DNA from: Minisyncoccota bacterium
GTDB lineage: Bacteria; Patescibacteriota; Minisyncoccia; Phycocordibacterales; GWA1-40-21
Reading direction: 5' to 3'
Assembly (NCBI GenBank): GCA_041659365.1
Contig: JBAZYH010000004.1
Location: forward strand, 164 to 64,163
Length of the DNA stretch: 64,000 bases
Numbering within the stretch: the first letter of the stretch is position 1; each line of letters starts with the position of its first letter. Of this stretch, positions 26,681-35,357 are shown in pieces. The notes below the pieces were generated by a model. That model had not been told where the DNA came from, made no database searches, and saw nothing but the letters and a program-made list of their open reading frames with translations. The translations under genes and the position numbers were made by a program.

Positions 26681-28243
26681 TTAACCCACATCTACATAAT
26701 CGCCGTAAAAAACGATATCATCGTCAGATACTCCACGTCTGTTCATATCAAACCAAGCCATAAGAATTGTTCCTTCGTTTGAATGTTTATCAAGAGTAGA
26801 ATTAATAAGTAGTGAAAATGCGTCAGCTATGTCGTCATGTTTCTCCACTCCAAATTCAACTAGTTGTTCGATAAGTTCCTCACATCCTTGTCTTGGAAAT
26901 TTAATAACTCCAGACTTTATTGACGTTGATGTTAAAGATAATCTAGTTCTTTTATCTCCCTTTGGTTTAACTGATTCAGCTTTGATCCCATGCAACTCAA
27001 GCATTTGAGGTAGTGCTTCTTGGTAAGCAACACTTTCAACAAACAATGTATCTTGAGACCTAGGCATTTGAGTATTCTTAAAGTTTTTCATTAGCTCAAC
27101 TTGATCGGGGAAATTTATTTTCTTAACAATTGGATTAGGAAGAATATAAATTTTCATTTTCTCCCTACGACCATACACATGAGCCGAGACAATTGCAGTG
27201 AAGTCGGCAGAATCTTTAGAAGATATAGCGAGGTCAACTCCTGCATAAGTGCCACGATATGCTTTATGTTTTGTCCCAGGTAATTCATCGTAGTATTGAA
27301 TCCACTCAGGATAAATAACTTGATCATCGCTTGGAATAATACGAAGTAGATATTCTCGTTGCCATGATATTTCACTAGCAACTTTCATTTTTTCATCTTC
27401 TATATCTTTTACATCTGGATACTTCCCAGGCCATAAACAAATATTGTCTTCATCGAGTAATGGGTATTGTTTAAAAATACCTTTTGATCTTTTATTTTCT
27501 ATATCTTCCCTTATTCTCATTAGTAATGAATCTTCGTGCAAAAGGTTACCAACAGCGATAAGTCTGGTTTTACGATCTCCTGCGGGGATTACTTCGCCAT
27601 ATAGCCATTGGTACGTCTTATCTCGTCCCTCACGAGTTTTGGTTGATTGTACGTCTTCTACGTCGTCACAGATTATCAGATCAGGTCTATGCTCATTGTG
27701 TCTAATTCCTCGTATACTCTGCTCTGTTGAGGCAACAGTAATACGAGCATTACTTTTATTAAATACCAAGGAATATGAACCCCATTCATCACTCTGTTCT
27801 TGGAATGGTCCCAAATCCCTTTTTAATAAATCATTACCCTCAAGTTCACTTCTAATATTCATCATATGTTGCTTTGCTTGTGTCCTTGTCTGACAGAAAA
27901 TTAAACAAAATTTCTTTTGTTGTTTTCCAAGTATTGCCCATATTGGGTAGGCAGTTGTAACCATTGTGGATTTACCAGATCCACGAAAAGCAACTACATA
28001 CAAATTCTCTGTGTCGCTACTTTCTAAATGGTGAATTATTTCTTTCTGAAAATCTGCTGTTTCGTATTTTACATAATGGGCATAATAGAAATGGAAAAAA
28101 TATAAGAAACTATCTCTTGTGATAGATGTTCTTACGAGCCTATCTTTCATCATCTTATTTACTAAACTATTTTCAATGATTTTAGTCATGGTTTTTCTTT
28201 TCGTTAATATTTTTAATAGATTTCGACTTAGTAATTGAGGCAA
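26681..28243 (-). CDS. Phage terminase large subunit-like protein
   Basis: Walker A VVAFRGSGKST, Walker B-like LIICDDVEDV, and a C-terminal RNaseH-like nuclease with acidic residues (AGVDLAISSKDSADFTAIV). Confidence 0.7.
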   Translation of the reverse strand: MPQLLSRNLLKILTKRKTMTKIIENSLVNKMMKDRLVRTSITRDSFLYFFHFYYAHYVKYETADFQKEIIHHLESSDTENLYVVAFRGSGKSTMVTTAYPIWAILGKQQKKFCLIFCQTRTQAKQHMMNIRSELEGNDLLKRDLGPFQEQSDEWGSYSLVFNKSNARITVASTEQSIRGIRHNEHRPDLIICDDVEDVQSTKTREGRDKTYQWLYGEVIPAGDRKTRLIAVGNLLHEDSLLMRIREDIENKRSKGIFKQYPLLDEDNICLWPGKYPDVKDIEDEKMKVASEISWQREYLLRIIPSDDQVIYPEWIQYYDELPGTKHKAYRGTYAGVDLAISSKDSADFTAIVSAHVYGRREKMKIYILPNPIVKKINFPDQVELMKNFKNTQMPRSQDTLFVESVAYQEALPQMLELHGIKAESVKPKGDKRTRLSLTSTSIKSGVIKFPRQGCEELIEQLVEFGVEKHDDIADAFSLLINSTLDKHSNEGTILMAWFDMNRRGVSDDDIVFYGDYVDVG

Positions 28244-28598
28244 GCTTGAGTGCCTGTTTTACTATTTTTGCTTGTGATGGAGTAAGTTCTTCCTTATCTT
28301 CTTTTGTAGTAATTTCTATCTTATCTCTGTAATTATCATTTCGGTGTTTCAACCAGAAAGAAATAGCCGACCAGTTCTTTTCTTTGATCATAGTAAGCAA
28401 TTGACTTTCGCTCATATCATTTACAAAAGCAACACCTTCAGACATAGCTTTATCCATTTTTGCAGAGAAAGATTTATCATCTTTTTTCCAACGATATACA
28501 CTATTTCTAGATACTCCTGTTTTTTCACATGCTACTTGCACGATAGGAACTTTCTTCAACTCTTCAAAGAATTGATCTTGTGATTTATTTTTCTTCAT
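28182..28598 (-). CDS. Terminase small subunit-like HTH protein
   Basis: VACEKTGVSRNSVYRWKKDD is an HTH. Located immediately upstream of TerL and overlapping it. Confidence 0.55.
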   Translation of the reverse strand: MKKNKSQDQFFEELKKVPIVQVACEKTGVSRNSVYRWKKDDKSFSAKMDKAMSEGVAFVNDMSESQLLTMIKEKNWSAISFWLKHRNDNYRDKIEITTKEDKEELTPSQAKIVKQALKLASITKSKSIKNINEKKNHD

Positions 28599-29868
28599 AA
28601 GATTTTATCTGGGCTTTTTTACCAGTAAATAATTCATAACGTTTTATAATCAAATCACAAAACTTTGGCTCTAGCTCTAAGCCATATACTCTTCGACCTA
28701 ATTGTTCACCTGCAAGGAGAGTGCTACCTGAACCCAAGAAACTATCTAAGATAATGTCATTTGGTTTTGTACATCGTTTTATAGCCTTCTCATGAAGAGT
28801 TATCGGTTTAGAAGTCGCATGTTCATAGTCCTTAGCTGAAAGCCTTTTAGCTGTCCATATCTCAAGAAAATCATCAACTTGTGCTACAAGTTCATTTCCT
28901 GTTCCGAATTCTTTGTTTAATACCTCATTAAGAGTTGTGATTGATTCTGCAAGGTATGGTCGTCCACGAATACCATAGACCGCAGGTTCATATGCTTTAT
29001 TGCAGAATATTTTAGGCACGGGGTTTTGTGAATTTTTCAGCCATAAGCAAACTCGTTTATTAGACACACCAAGTGATCTGTATATGTCCTGAATTAATCC
29101 TATATACACCTGATCGCAATAATAGAAAACGTGCGTACTAGGGTTAGATACTGCAAGTGCTGACTCTAAACTTTCTCGAATAAATGTTTTATATTCTTCA
29201 AAAGTTCTAGAATCTTTTACACTTCCTCCGTACTCTTTATTTCCACCAATTCCACCATCATAGTCTATATCTAGGTTATACACTGGGTCCGAATAGATCA
29301 TCGAAACTTTCTCTTCGCCTAACAGTCTTTTTAGATTTTCAGGTTTAGTTGAATCACCACAAAGAATTTTGTGTTTACCGAGAATAATAATATCTCCTAA
29401 TTTTGTTTTAGGTTCTGTTATTTTTTTGATTTCTTTTTCGATATCGAAATTATCTTCTTTAACTTCCTGATCTTCATCCCAGAATTTTGCAATTTCCATA
29501 TCTTCAAACCCCGCGAGTTGAAGAAGCTCCATGTCAAAAGATCTAAGGAGATCATAATCCCAGTCACCACCTAATTTATTTGAAGCAATTAGATATTGTT
29601 TCGATTCTATTTCTGTAAGCTTTCTATTTGGAATCCTTACGTCAATTATTTCTTCTCCACGATCTAATAACTGCAAAGCCCTAATCCTTTGGTGTCCTGC
29701 CAAAATAACTCCTGTTTTATCAATAGCAGGAATCTCAACTAAATTATACTTCTGCAAACTTTTCTTAATATCTGACATTTGCTTATCTGATATTTTGCGA
29801 GGATTGATCTTTTGAGGAATAAGATCATTAACATTTCTTTGGACCGTAGTCCATATGAGTTTACTCAT
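28585..29868 (-). CDS. ParB-like nuclease domain fused to a DNA methyltransferase (beta class, N6A/N4C)
   Basis: N-terminal ParB/Srx-like region (VEIPAIDKTGVILAGHQRIRALQLL). Methyltransferase motif IV SDPVYN (DPPY-type) precedes motif I ILDSFLGSGSTLLAGEQLGRRVYGLELE. Confidence 0.75.
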   Translation of the reverse strand: MSKLIWTTVQRNVNDLIPQKINPRKISDKQMSDIKKSLQKYNLVEIPAIDKTGVILAGHQRIRALQLLDRGEEIIDVRIPNRKLTEIESKQYLIASNKLGGDWDYDLLRSFDMELLQLAGFEDMEIAKFWDEDQEVKEDNFDIEKEIKKITEPKTKLGDIIILGKHKILCGDSTKPENLKRLLGEEKVSMIYSDPVYNLDIDYDGGIGGNKEYGGSVKDSRTFEEYKTFIRESLESALAVSNPSTHVFYYCDQVYIGLIQDIYRSLGVSNKRVCLWLKNSQNPVPKIFCNKAYEPAVYGIRGRPYLAESITTLNEVLNKEFGTGNELVAQVDDFLEIWTAKRLSAKDYEHATSKPITLHEKAIKRCTKPNDIILDSFLGSGSTLLAGEQLGRRVYGLELEPKFCDLIIKRYELFTGKKAQIKSYEEK

Positions 29869-30038
29869 ATTATTTTATTAATAAATTTAATAAAATGTAT
29901 AGATATAGAAAAAGCCTATTCCGTACACGAAATAAAAGAAGTTTGACTAAACTCAATTTATTTCTTGCGCGGAATAGGCATGGCTTTGAAGCGATACACT
30001 ATTCTACTTTTTACTACGCATTAACTAACATTTGTATT

Positions 30039-30461
30039 TTAATCCGTAGGTTTATTTTTTGCAAGCCCACGAATAATTCTTTGTCCATTTTTACTTTTTA
30101 TAAATTCGACCATATCTTTTCCAGCAACAATGGGAAGTCCTGCTTTTGGTATCTGTATTACGACTTCAAATCCATTTTTACGCTCTTCTTCTACGTACTT
30201 TACAAATGCAGGATCATTCTGTAATTGAGTAAGAATTTCCATTTTGAAAGTATTTGTATTTTCTACAATGGGTTCAGGTTTATTTATATGTTGATATATT
30301 CTACCTGGTTGCCCAATTGCATTAAAAGCTTTTTTAAGTTTACTTCCAAATGTACTGGGTCGTTTTGGACTAGCATGCAACATAATATCCGTTAAAAGAA
30401 TATTCTTATATTTTACTCCTTCTTTTCTTGCTGTTGGCTTAAATTCTAATTTGTATTCCAT
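30039..30461 (-). CDS. Hypothetical protein (140 aa), divergent from the repressor gene
   Basis: ORF only. Sits in a lysogeny-switch-like position. Confidence 0.35.
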   Translation of the reverse strand: MEYKLEFKPTARKEGVKYKNILLTDIMLHASPKRPSTFGSKLKKAFNAIGQPGRIYQHINKPEPIVENTNTFKMEILTQLQNDPAFVKYVEEERKNGFEVVIQIPKAGLPIVAGKDMVEFIKSKNGQRIIRGLAKNKPTD

Positions 30462-30492
30462 AGCTTTTTACACTTGCTTAAATTTATACTTA

Positions 30493-30518
30493 GGTGTATA
30501 CTATTGTATACTATTATG
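30493..30518. promoter_or_regulatory. Candidate operator: tandem GTATAC palindromes in the divergent region
   Basis: ttaggtgtatactattgtatactatt between the divergent gene 30039-30461 and the repressor gene. Confidence 0.4.
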
Positions 30519-31133
30519 AATAAAAACACAAGAGACAAAGATATATCAGTGCTTAAATTTATAAGAAATACGTTCATTAACAGCGGTACGGGTCCTTCCC
30601 TAAGAGAGATAAATGAGGTTACAGGAGGTAAATCTCCTCGATCTGCCAGTATCATTTTAGACAGACTTGAAAAAGATGGTTTTATAAAAAGACAGAATGG
30701 AAAAATAATTTCTATTGCTTTTGAAAAACCAAATTCTGTTTCAACGATTAATATACCATTAGTGGGAGCTGTACCCTGTGGTGCACCAATGTTGGCAGAA
30801 CAAAATATTGAAACTTATATTCCTGTTTCAACTGCTTTAGCAAAGAAAGGGTCAAATTATTTTCTTTTAAGAGCAACTGGGGATTCTATGAATCTAGCAG
30901 GGATAAATGATAAAGATATTCTTTTAGTTAGGCAACAAGAAACTGCTGATAATGGAGAAAAAGTTGTAGCTTTAATTGATGAAGAAGCTACTGTAAAAAT
31001 TTTAGATAAAAAAGACGATGTTGTAATTTTAAGACCAAAATCTTCAAATTCTTCACACAAGCCAATTATATTATCAAATAATTGTCAGATTCAGGGAGTC
31101 GTCGTGGCTGTACTTCCATCTGACTTATATTAA
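30516..31133 (+). CDS. LexA/CI-like repressor (wHTH plus S24 self-cleaving peptidase domain)
   Basis: SLREINEVTGGKSPRSASIILDRLEKDGFIKRQ. PLVGAVPCGAP cleavage region. GDSM catalytic Ser and a downstream Lys (VKIL). Confidence 0.75.
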   Translation: MNKNTRDKDISVLKFIRNTFINSGTGPSLREINEVTGGKSPRSASIILDRLEKDGFIKRQNGKIISIAFEKPNSVSTINIPLVGAVPCGAPMLAEQNIETYIPVSTALAKKGSNYFLLRATGDSMNLAGINDKDILLVRQQETADNGEKVVALIDEEATVKILDKKDDVVILRPKSSNSSHKPIILSNNCQIQGVVVAVLPSDLY

Positions 31134-31136
31134 AAT

Positions 31137-31415
31137 ATGAATACAATACTTATTTCATATGACCTAAATGGTCACGAAGATAGTGAGTCTTATAAAAAAC
31201 TCATAGAAAAAATTAAAGAATATCCAAGTTGGGCAAAACCTTTGGAGTCTTTTTTCTTAGTAAAAACAGATAGCAGTTCCTCTGAAGTACGAGATAATTT
31301 AACCCCATATATAGATTCAAACGACGAGCTCTTAACTATAAACGTTACTAATCGTGGTTGGGCTAGTAGGGGTATATCAACAAAAGTAAATGATTGGTTA
31401 AAGACAAACATGTAA
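31137..31415 (+). CDS. Hypothetical small protein with a weak Cas2-like/ferredoxin-fold N-terminal pattern
   Basis: MNTILISYDLNG...PLESFFLVKT weakly resembles the Cas2 beta1/beta3 pattern (VLVSYDI...SVFEC). No CRISPR array is present. Confidence 0.3.
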   Translation: MNTILISYDLNGHEDSESYKKLIEKIKEYPSWAKPLESFFLVKTDSSSSEVRDNLTPYIDSNDELLTINVTNRGWASRGISTKVNDWLKTNM

Positions 31416-31440
31416 TATTAAAAATTAATTTATAAAAAAT

Positions 31441-31647
31441 ATGTTACCAAAATATATAAAAAATTCGGGGAAACAATGGACACCCTCAGAAGAAAAACAA
31501 TTAAAATCATTAGCAAAAGACAATACACCCACTCGTGTAATTGGTCTTAAATTAGGTCGACCAGTAGGAGGAGTGCAAAATAAAGCATCAGAGCTAGGTG
31601 TAAGTTTAAAACCTACAAATCAAGCACCATATAATCGTAAAAAATAG
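31441..31647 (+). CDS. Hypothetical small basic protein (68 aa)
   Basis: ORF in the operon. Possible DNA-binding. Confidence 0.3.
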   Translation: MLPKYIKNSGKQWTPSEEKQLKSLAKDNTPTRVIGLKLGRPVGGVQNKASELGVSLKPTNQAPYNRKK

Positions 31648-31648
31648 C

Positions 31649-32041
31649 ATGGAAGCGAAATTAAAACATTTGGAATTTATCCAAGCAACAATTAATCGTA
31701 TGTCCAGTAATTCTTTTCTCTTAAAAGGATGGGCTATAACAATTATTGGTGGACTTTTTGCACTAACATTCAAAGAAACAAATTGCACCTATATTTATTT
31801 TTCTTCCATGCTTTTAATATTTTTTGCATTATTAGATTCATATTACCTATCAAGAGAAAGACTTTTTATTAAACTTTATAATCAGGCAAGAAAAGAGGAG
31901 GAACCTGATATAAAATTTTCTATGGACATTAGTAAATTTAAATCTGGATGTGATTGGTGTGATGCTCTCTTTTCTACCACTACAGGTTTATTTTATGGTG
32001 GACTACTTATTACTCAGTTTCTAATAATCTATTTTATTTAA
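31649..32041 (+). CDS. Small three-TM membrane protein (130 aa) immediately upstream of ThsB. Candidate effector.
   Basis: TM helices WAITIIGGLFALTF, IYFSSMLLIFFALLDSYYL and GLFYGGLLITQFLIIYFI. The stop abuts the ThsB start. Confidence 0.45.
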   Translation: MEAKLKHLEFIQATINRMSSNSFLLKGWAITIIGGLFALTFKETNCTYIYFSSMLLIFFALLDSYYLSRERLFIKLYNQARKEEEPDIKFSMDISKFKSGCDWCDALFSTTTGLFYGGLLITQFLIIYFI

Positions 32042-32042
32042 T

Positions 32043-33002
32043 ATGGCAAGATATGTATTTTTCAGCTTTCATCATGGGGGCGATTCAAAAAGAATAGGTG
32101 TTGTTAGAAATCATAATGTTACCAAGGATGATTATCAAGAGGCTGGATATATTGATTCTGCTGATTGGGAAAAGATTAAACTTCAAGGTAAAGATTCCGT
32201 AAAAAAATGGATCAATACTCAACTAAATGGGACATCTGTTACAGTTGTACTGATTGGTGCTAAAACCTCAGAACGAGAATGGGTTAATTATGAAATTCAA
32301 GAAAGTTTTAACAGGGGGAATGCATTACTTGGTGTTTATATACACAATATAAAAGGACTCGACCAGGTTACTACACCTAAAGGAGAAAATCCTTTTGATA
32401 ATTTTTCAATAGATGAAAATGGGAAACCTCTTAGTAGTATTGTTTCTACATATGATTGGGTAAATAATGATGGATATAATAATTTTAGTGAATGGGTAGA
32501 ATCAGCATATAAAAATTGGCAAAAACCAGAAAATTCTGTTTTAAAAAGTATTACTAAAATATCTACCGTAAACACAAATCTTGAAACACCACAAACAAAA
32601 ATATTAAGTCGTGATCAAGGTGAACAGTTTATTGAGGATATTGGGATTAAAACAAATTTAATATACAGAGTAGGACTTGACTGCGAAGTTAAACAGGATG
32701 GGTTTAGACCTTTTTTTCTTAAGAGTTCGAGTAATCCTTTGAAGAAAAAACGCTCTTTAGAATTTTTTATTAATTCTTGTACAGTTCCAAAACCGTATTC
32801 AATAAAATGGAAAGTAAAAAATACAGGGAGTGAAGCTTCCTCATTAAGTGCACTTAGAGGAGAAATAACTGACGATGCTGGTTTTGAAAGAAAAAAGGAA
32901 AATACCTTATATACAGGGACTCATTATGTTGAATGTTATGTGATAAAAGATAATCAATGTGTTGCTAAGGATAAAATTAATGTTCCCATATCATCTTATT
33001 AA
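32043..33002 (+). CDS. thsB: Thoeris ThsB-like TIR-domain protein with a C-terminal beta-rich extension
   Basis: RYVFFSFHHGGDSKRIGVVRNHNVTK, GTSVTVVLIGAKTSEREWVNYEI, GVYIHNIKG...KGENPFD and TYDWVNNDGYNNFSEWV. These closely follow the Bacillus cereus ThsB pattern (RVFFSFHY...VVRNHWVTK, NTSVTCVLIGS...RWVRYEI, GIHIN...GPNPFD, VYDWVADDGYNKFSSWV), recalled from memory and not searched. Confidence 0.8.
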   Translation: MARYVFFSFHHGGDSKRIGVVRNHNVTKDDYQEAGYIDSADWEKIKLQGKDSVKKWINTQLNGTSVTVVLIGAKTSEREWVNYEIQESFNRGNALLGVYIHNIKGLDQVTTPKGENPFDNFSIDENGKPLSSIVSTYDWVNNDGYNNFSEWVESAYKNWQKPENSVLKSITKISTVNTNLETPQTKILSRDQGEQFIEDIGIKTNLIYRVGLDCEVKQDGFRPFFLKSSSNPLKKKRSLEFFINSCTVPKPYSIKWKVKNTGSEASSLSALRGEITDDAGFERKKENTLYTGTHYVECYVIKDNQCVAKDKINVPISSY

Positions 33003-33018
33003 CTAATAATAAATAATT

Positions 33019-33510
33019 ATGAAAAGACAAGTTTTTTATAGTTTCCATTATGACAATGACCACTGGAGGGCATCTCAAGTCCGAAACATCGGAGCAATTG
33101 AAGGTAATAGACCTGCTCCAGATAATGATTGGGAGACAGTTAAAAAAGGTGGAGATCAAGCTATTGAACGCTGGATTAATGAACAAATGAAATATCGTTC
33201 TTGTACGATTGTTTTAATCGGATCAAAAACCGCTGATAGAAAATGGATAAAACATGAAATAAAGAAATCTTGGGAAAATGGAATGGGGTTAGTTGGCATA
33301 TATATTCATAACTTAAAAAATAGTGTTGGGTCACAGGGATATCAAGGGAGTAATCCTTTTGATAGTTTTAATCATAATGGAACACCATTAAATCAAATAA
33401 TTAAAACTTATAATCCTCCATACAATGACAGTAAACAAGTTTATGCTTATATAAGCAATAATATAGGTGCATGGGCTGATGAAGCAGTTTTAATTCGTCA
33501 AAAATACTAA
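33019..33510 (+). CDS. thsB: Second, shorter ThsB-like TIR-domain protein
   Basis: KRQVFYSFHYDNDHWRASQVRNIG, SCTIVLIGSKTADRKWIKHEI, GIYIHNLKN...GSNPFD. Confidence 0.75.
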   Translation: MKRQVFYSFHYDNDHWRASQVRNIGAIEGNRPAPDNDWETVKKGGDQAIERWINEQMKYRSCTIVLIGSKTADRKWIKHEIKKSWENGMGLVGIYIHNLKNSVGSQGYQGSNPFDSFNHNGTPLNQIIKTYNPPYNDSKQVYAYISNNIGAWADEAVLIRQKY

Positions 33511-33522
33511 TCAAATATCTAT

Positions 33523-34191
33523 ATGGATTTTGATGTTGCTATTTTAAATCTAAATAAAATTTTAGAAGAAAAACAACCATCAAAAATTAGTCCATCTTGG
33601 ATTTTTCAAAACTCTCCCCGTGTATATCGTTATATTTGGAAAAATATCAGGACCGAAAATAATGAAATTGACTGGGATATTGTTACTGATTCTTTAGATA
33701 GATCATTTCAGAAATGTTGGACTAGATACAGGTATAAAAAAGCCAAACTTTACGAGAAGCAGTCTGAAGTTGATCTAATCATAAATAAGTATAAAGATAA
33801 ACTTTATACATTTTTAACAGTTACAAATGAAAAAGATAAACATATTCAAGACAGAATGGTTATAAGCTTAGTTAGACTTGGACAAAAAGGAAATGTTTGT
33901 GCTCAAGAAGAGTTGATTAAATGGGTAACTTTTATTACTGACGACTGGATTGATCGTTACCCACAGATGTGCAGATGGAAAGGATATACAGATGAAGTAC
34001 CAGATAAGATTAGAGGATGTATCCGTTGTTATAGATATACAGGGTCTTTTCTTGGGTATCTTTTTAGAACTCTTGAATATTCAGTAAGGGGTAAACCTCC
34101 TTTGGTGTCTTTGAATGACAAGATTTTTGATGGTAGTAAAACCCTAGAAGAATATGCGAGGGTGGAGGAAGATTGGCAGATATATAAATAA
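33523..34191 (+). CDS. Hypothetical soluble protein (222 aa; W/R/Y/C-rich). Weak sigma-70 region 2-like pattern.
   Basis: No SIR2, SLOG or Macro signature. Co-oriented, with a 12-nt gap after the second TIR gene. Confidence 0.35.
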   Translation: MDFDVAILNLNKILEEKQPSKISPSWIFQNSPRVYRYIWKNIRTENNEIDWDIVTDSLDRSFQKCWTRYRYKKAKLYEKQSEVDLIINKYKDKLYTFLTVTNEKDKHIQDRMVISLVRLGQKGNVCAQEELIKWVTFITDDWIDRYPQMCRWKGYTDEVPDKIRGCIRCYRYTGSFLGYLFRTLEYSVRGKPPLVSLNDKIFDGSKTLEEYARVEEDWQIYK

Positions 34192-34196
34192 AGGAC

Positions 34197-34463
34197 TTGC
34201 TATATATTCAAATAATTGTAATATCTAGCGATATGAGAAGAAGATGGCAAAAAGATTATATATCTAAGAATGGTTATTCACCAGAAACCAACAGATTAGT
34301 GGGAAGCTTATCTTATGTTATTTTTTATTCAATTATATTTTATATAGCCTTTAAGGTATGGGGAATGGATGTTTTAGATGATGTTTGGTTCTGGGTTTTT
34401 AACGTTATATCTTATCCGTTTGTTGGTTGGTTTCTAAGAAAAATTAAGTTCTGGGTTTATTAA
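34197..34463 (+). CDS. Small two-TM membrane protein (88 aa) at the operon end
   Basis: LSYVIFYSIIFYIAFKVWG and FWVFNVISYPFVGWFL helices. Confidence 0.4.
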   Translation: MLYIQIIVISSDMRRRWQKDYISKNGYSPETNRLVGSLSYVIFYSIIFYIAFKVWGMDVLDDVWFWVFNVISYPFVGWFLRKIKFWVY

Positions 34464-34689
34464 AAGTTACAGTTGAATGTAACCTTTAACCTCAATCCCG
34501 TGTCACTTTTGTCACTTTTTTAATTCGCACGAGATACGTCGTTATGGTAATATAAAATTATTAGAAATAACGTTACAGGGCTTGTCATCGAAAGGTCCTA
34601 ACACGAGTGTCCCCGCATTTAAAAATCCACTGGAAACAGTGTGTTTTTTATACGGGGAGAAACGAGCAAACTTCTTTGCTCGTGTGTGA

Positions 34690-34772
34690 GATTCGAAAGA
34701 TTTTTCCATACGAGCTTTTGCGAGGAGGAAAAATACCTGGCTATGTGATAGCCGAATCTCCCCCTCTCCGCA
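34690..34772 (+). repeat. attR-like site: 20-nt near-identical direct copy of the tRNA-Ser 3' end, preceded by a module also found downstream of tRNA-Phe
   Basis: 34753-34772 cgaatctccccctctccgca against tRNA-Ser 21166-21185 cgaatctccctctctccgca (19/20). Upstream tacctggctatgtgatagccga matches 2868-2890 tacctggctacgtggtagccga. Confidence 0.65.
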
Positions 34773-34869
34773 AAATATATTATTGTTAAAATATAATATC
34801 CATGTTATAATTAACAAGGTTTAGTTTGGATTAACCATGAAGGTTATTCCTTAACAAAAGGAGTTTGAG

Positions 34870-35160
34870 ATGAAGAATGAGATGAATTTTCGTACTGCAT
34901 TTTGGGGACATGGAGCACCTTTCGGGTTTGTCTTTTTTGTTCTCATTGTGTGTATTTTATTGGTAACCGCTTCTAACTCTCAGCAGTTTTGTGAACCTGA
35001 GGGAGATTTCACGAAGTATCTTTATATAGCGAATGAGATTAACTACCAATTCATTTTGGTTTGTTCATCTCTAGTTTCGTTTATTATTTGTTTAATGATC
35101 ACTTTCTGGAAGATGAAAATCCGTCCGATTTTGGGTGTGGAGGATTATTTAATTCCGTGA
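34870..35160 (+). CDS. Hypothetical small membrane protein (96 aa)
   Basis: Two or three TM helices. Terminator hairpin at 35164-35190 (gaggccagcgacaagtcgctggcctc). Confidence 0.4.
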   Translation: MKNEMNFRTAFWGHGAPFGFVFFVLIVCILLVTASNSQQFCEPEGDFTKYLYIANEINYQFILVCSSLVSFIICLMITFWKMKIRPILGVEDYLIP

Positions 35161-35215
35161 GTTTGAGGCCAGCGACAAGTCGCTGGCCTCTTAATTTGTT
35201 TTTCGGTATTTTTGT

Positions 35216-35284
35216 GATAATATCTTGATTATAAATAAGGGCTAAACAATTTTTAAATTGTCGCCCGAATATTTTTATATTTTA
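35216..35284 (+). promoter_or_regulatory. tRNA promoter element (GGGCTAAAC - hairpin - TGTCGCCCGAA - TATATTTTAG)
   Basis: gggctaaacaatttttaaattgtcgcccgaatatttttatattttag ends immediately before tRNA-Val +1. Homologous to 60556-60619 and 184-225. Confidence 0.6.
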
Positions 35285-35357
35285 GGGCGGTTAGCTCAGT
35301 TGGTAGAGCATTTCTTTGACGTAGAAAGGGTCACAGGTTCGAATCCTGTACCGCCCA
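35285..35357 (+). tRNA. tRNA-Val(GAC)
   Basis: gggcggt-ta-gctc-agttggtag-agc. Anticodon stem tttct/agaaa, loop ttGACgt. T-arm acagg-ttcgaat-cctgt. Acceptor 3' strand accgccc. Confidence 0.85.

Noticed and set aside
31137-31415. Cas2 identity for the 92-aa protein (and for 57832-58215).
   Set aside because: The pattern match is only short and fold-level. There is no CRISPR array or cas1. It is kept as a weak resemblance only.
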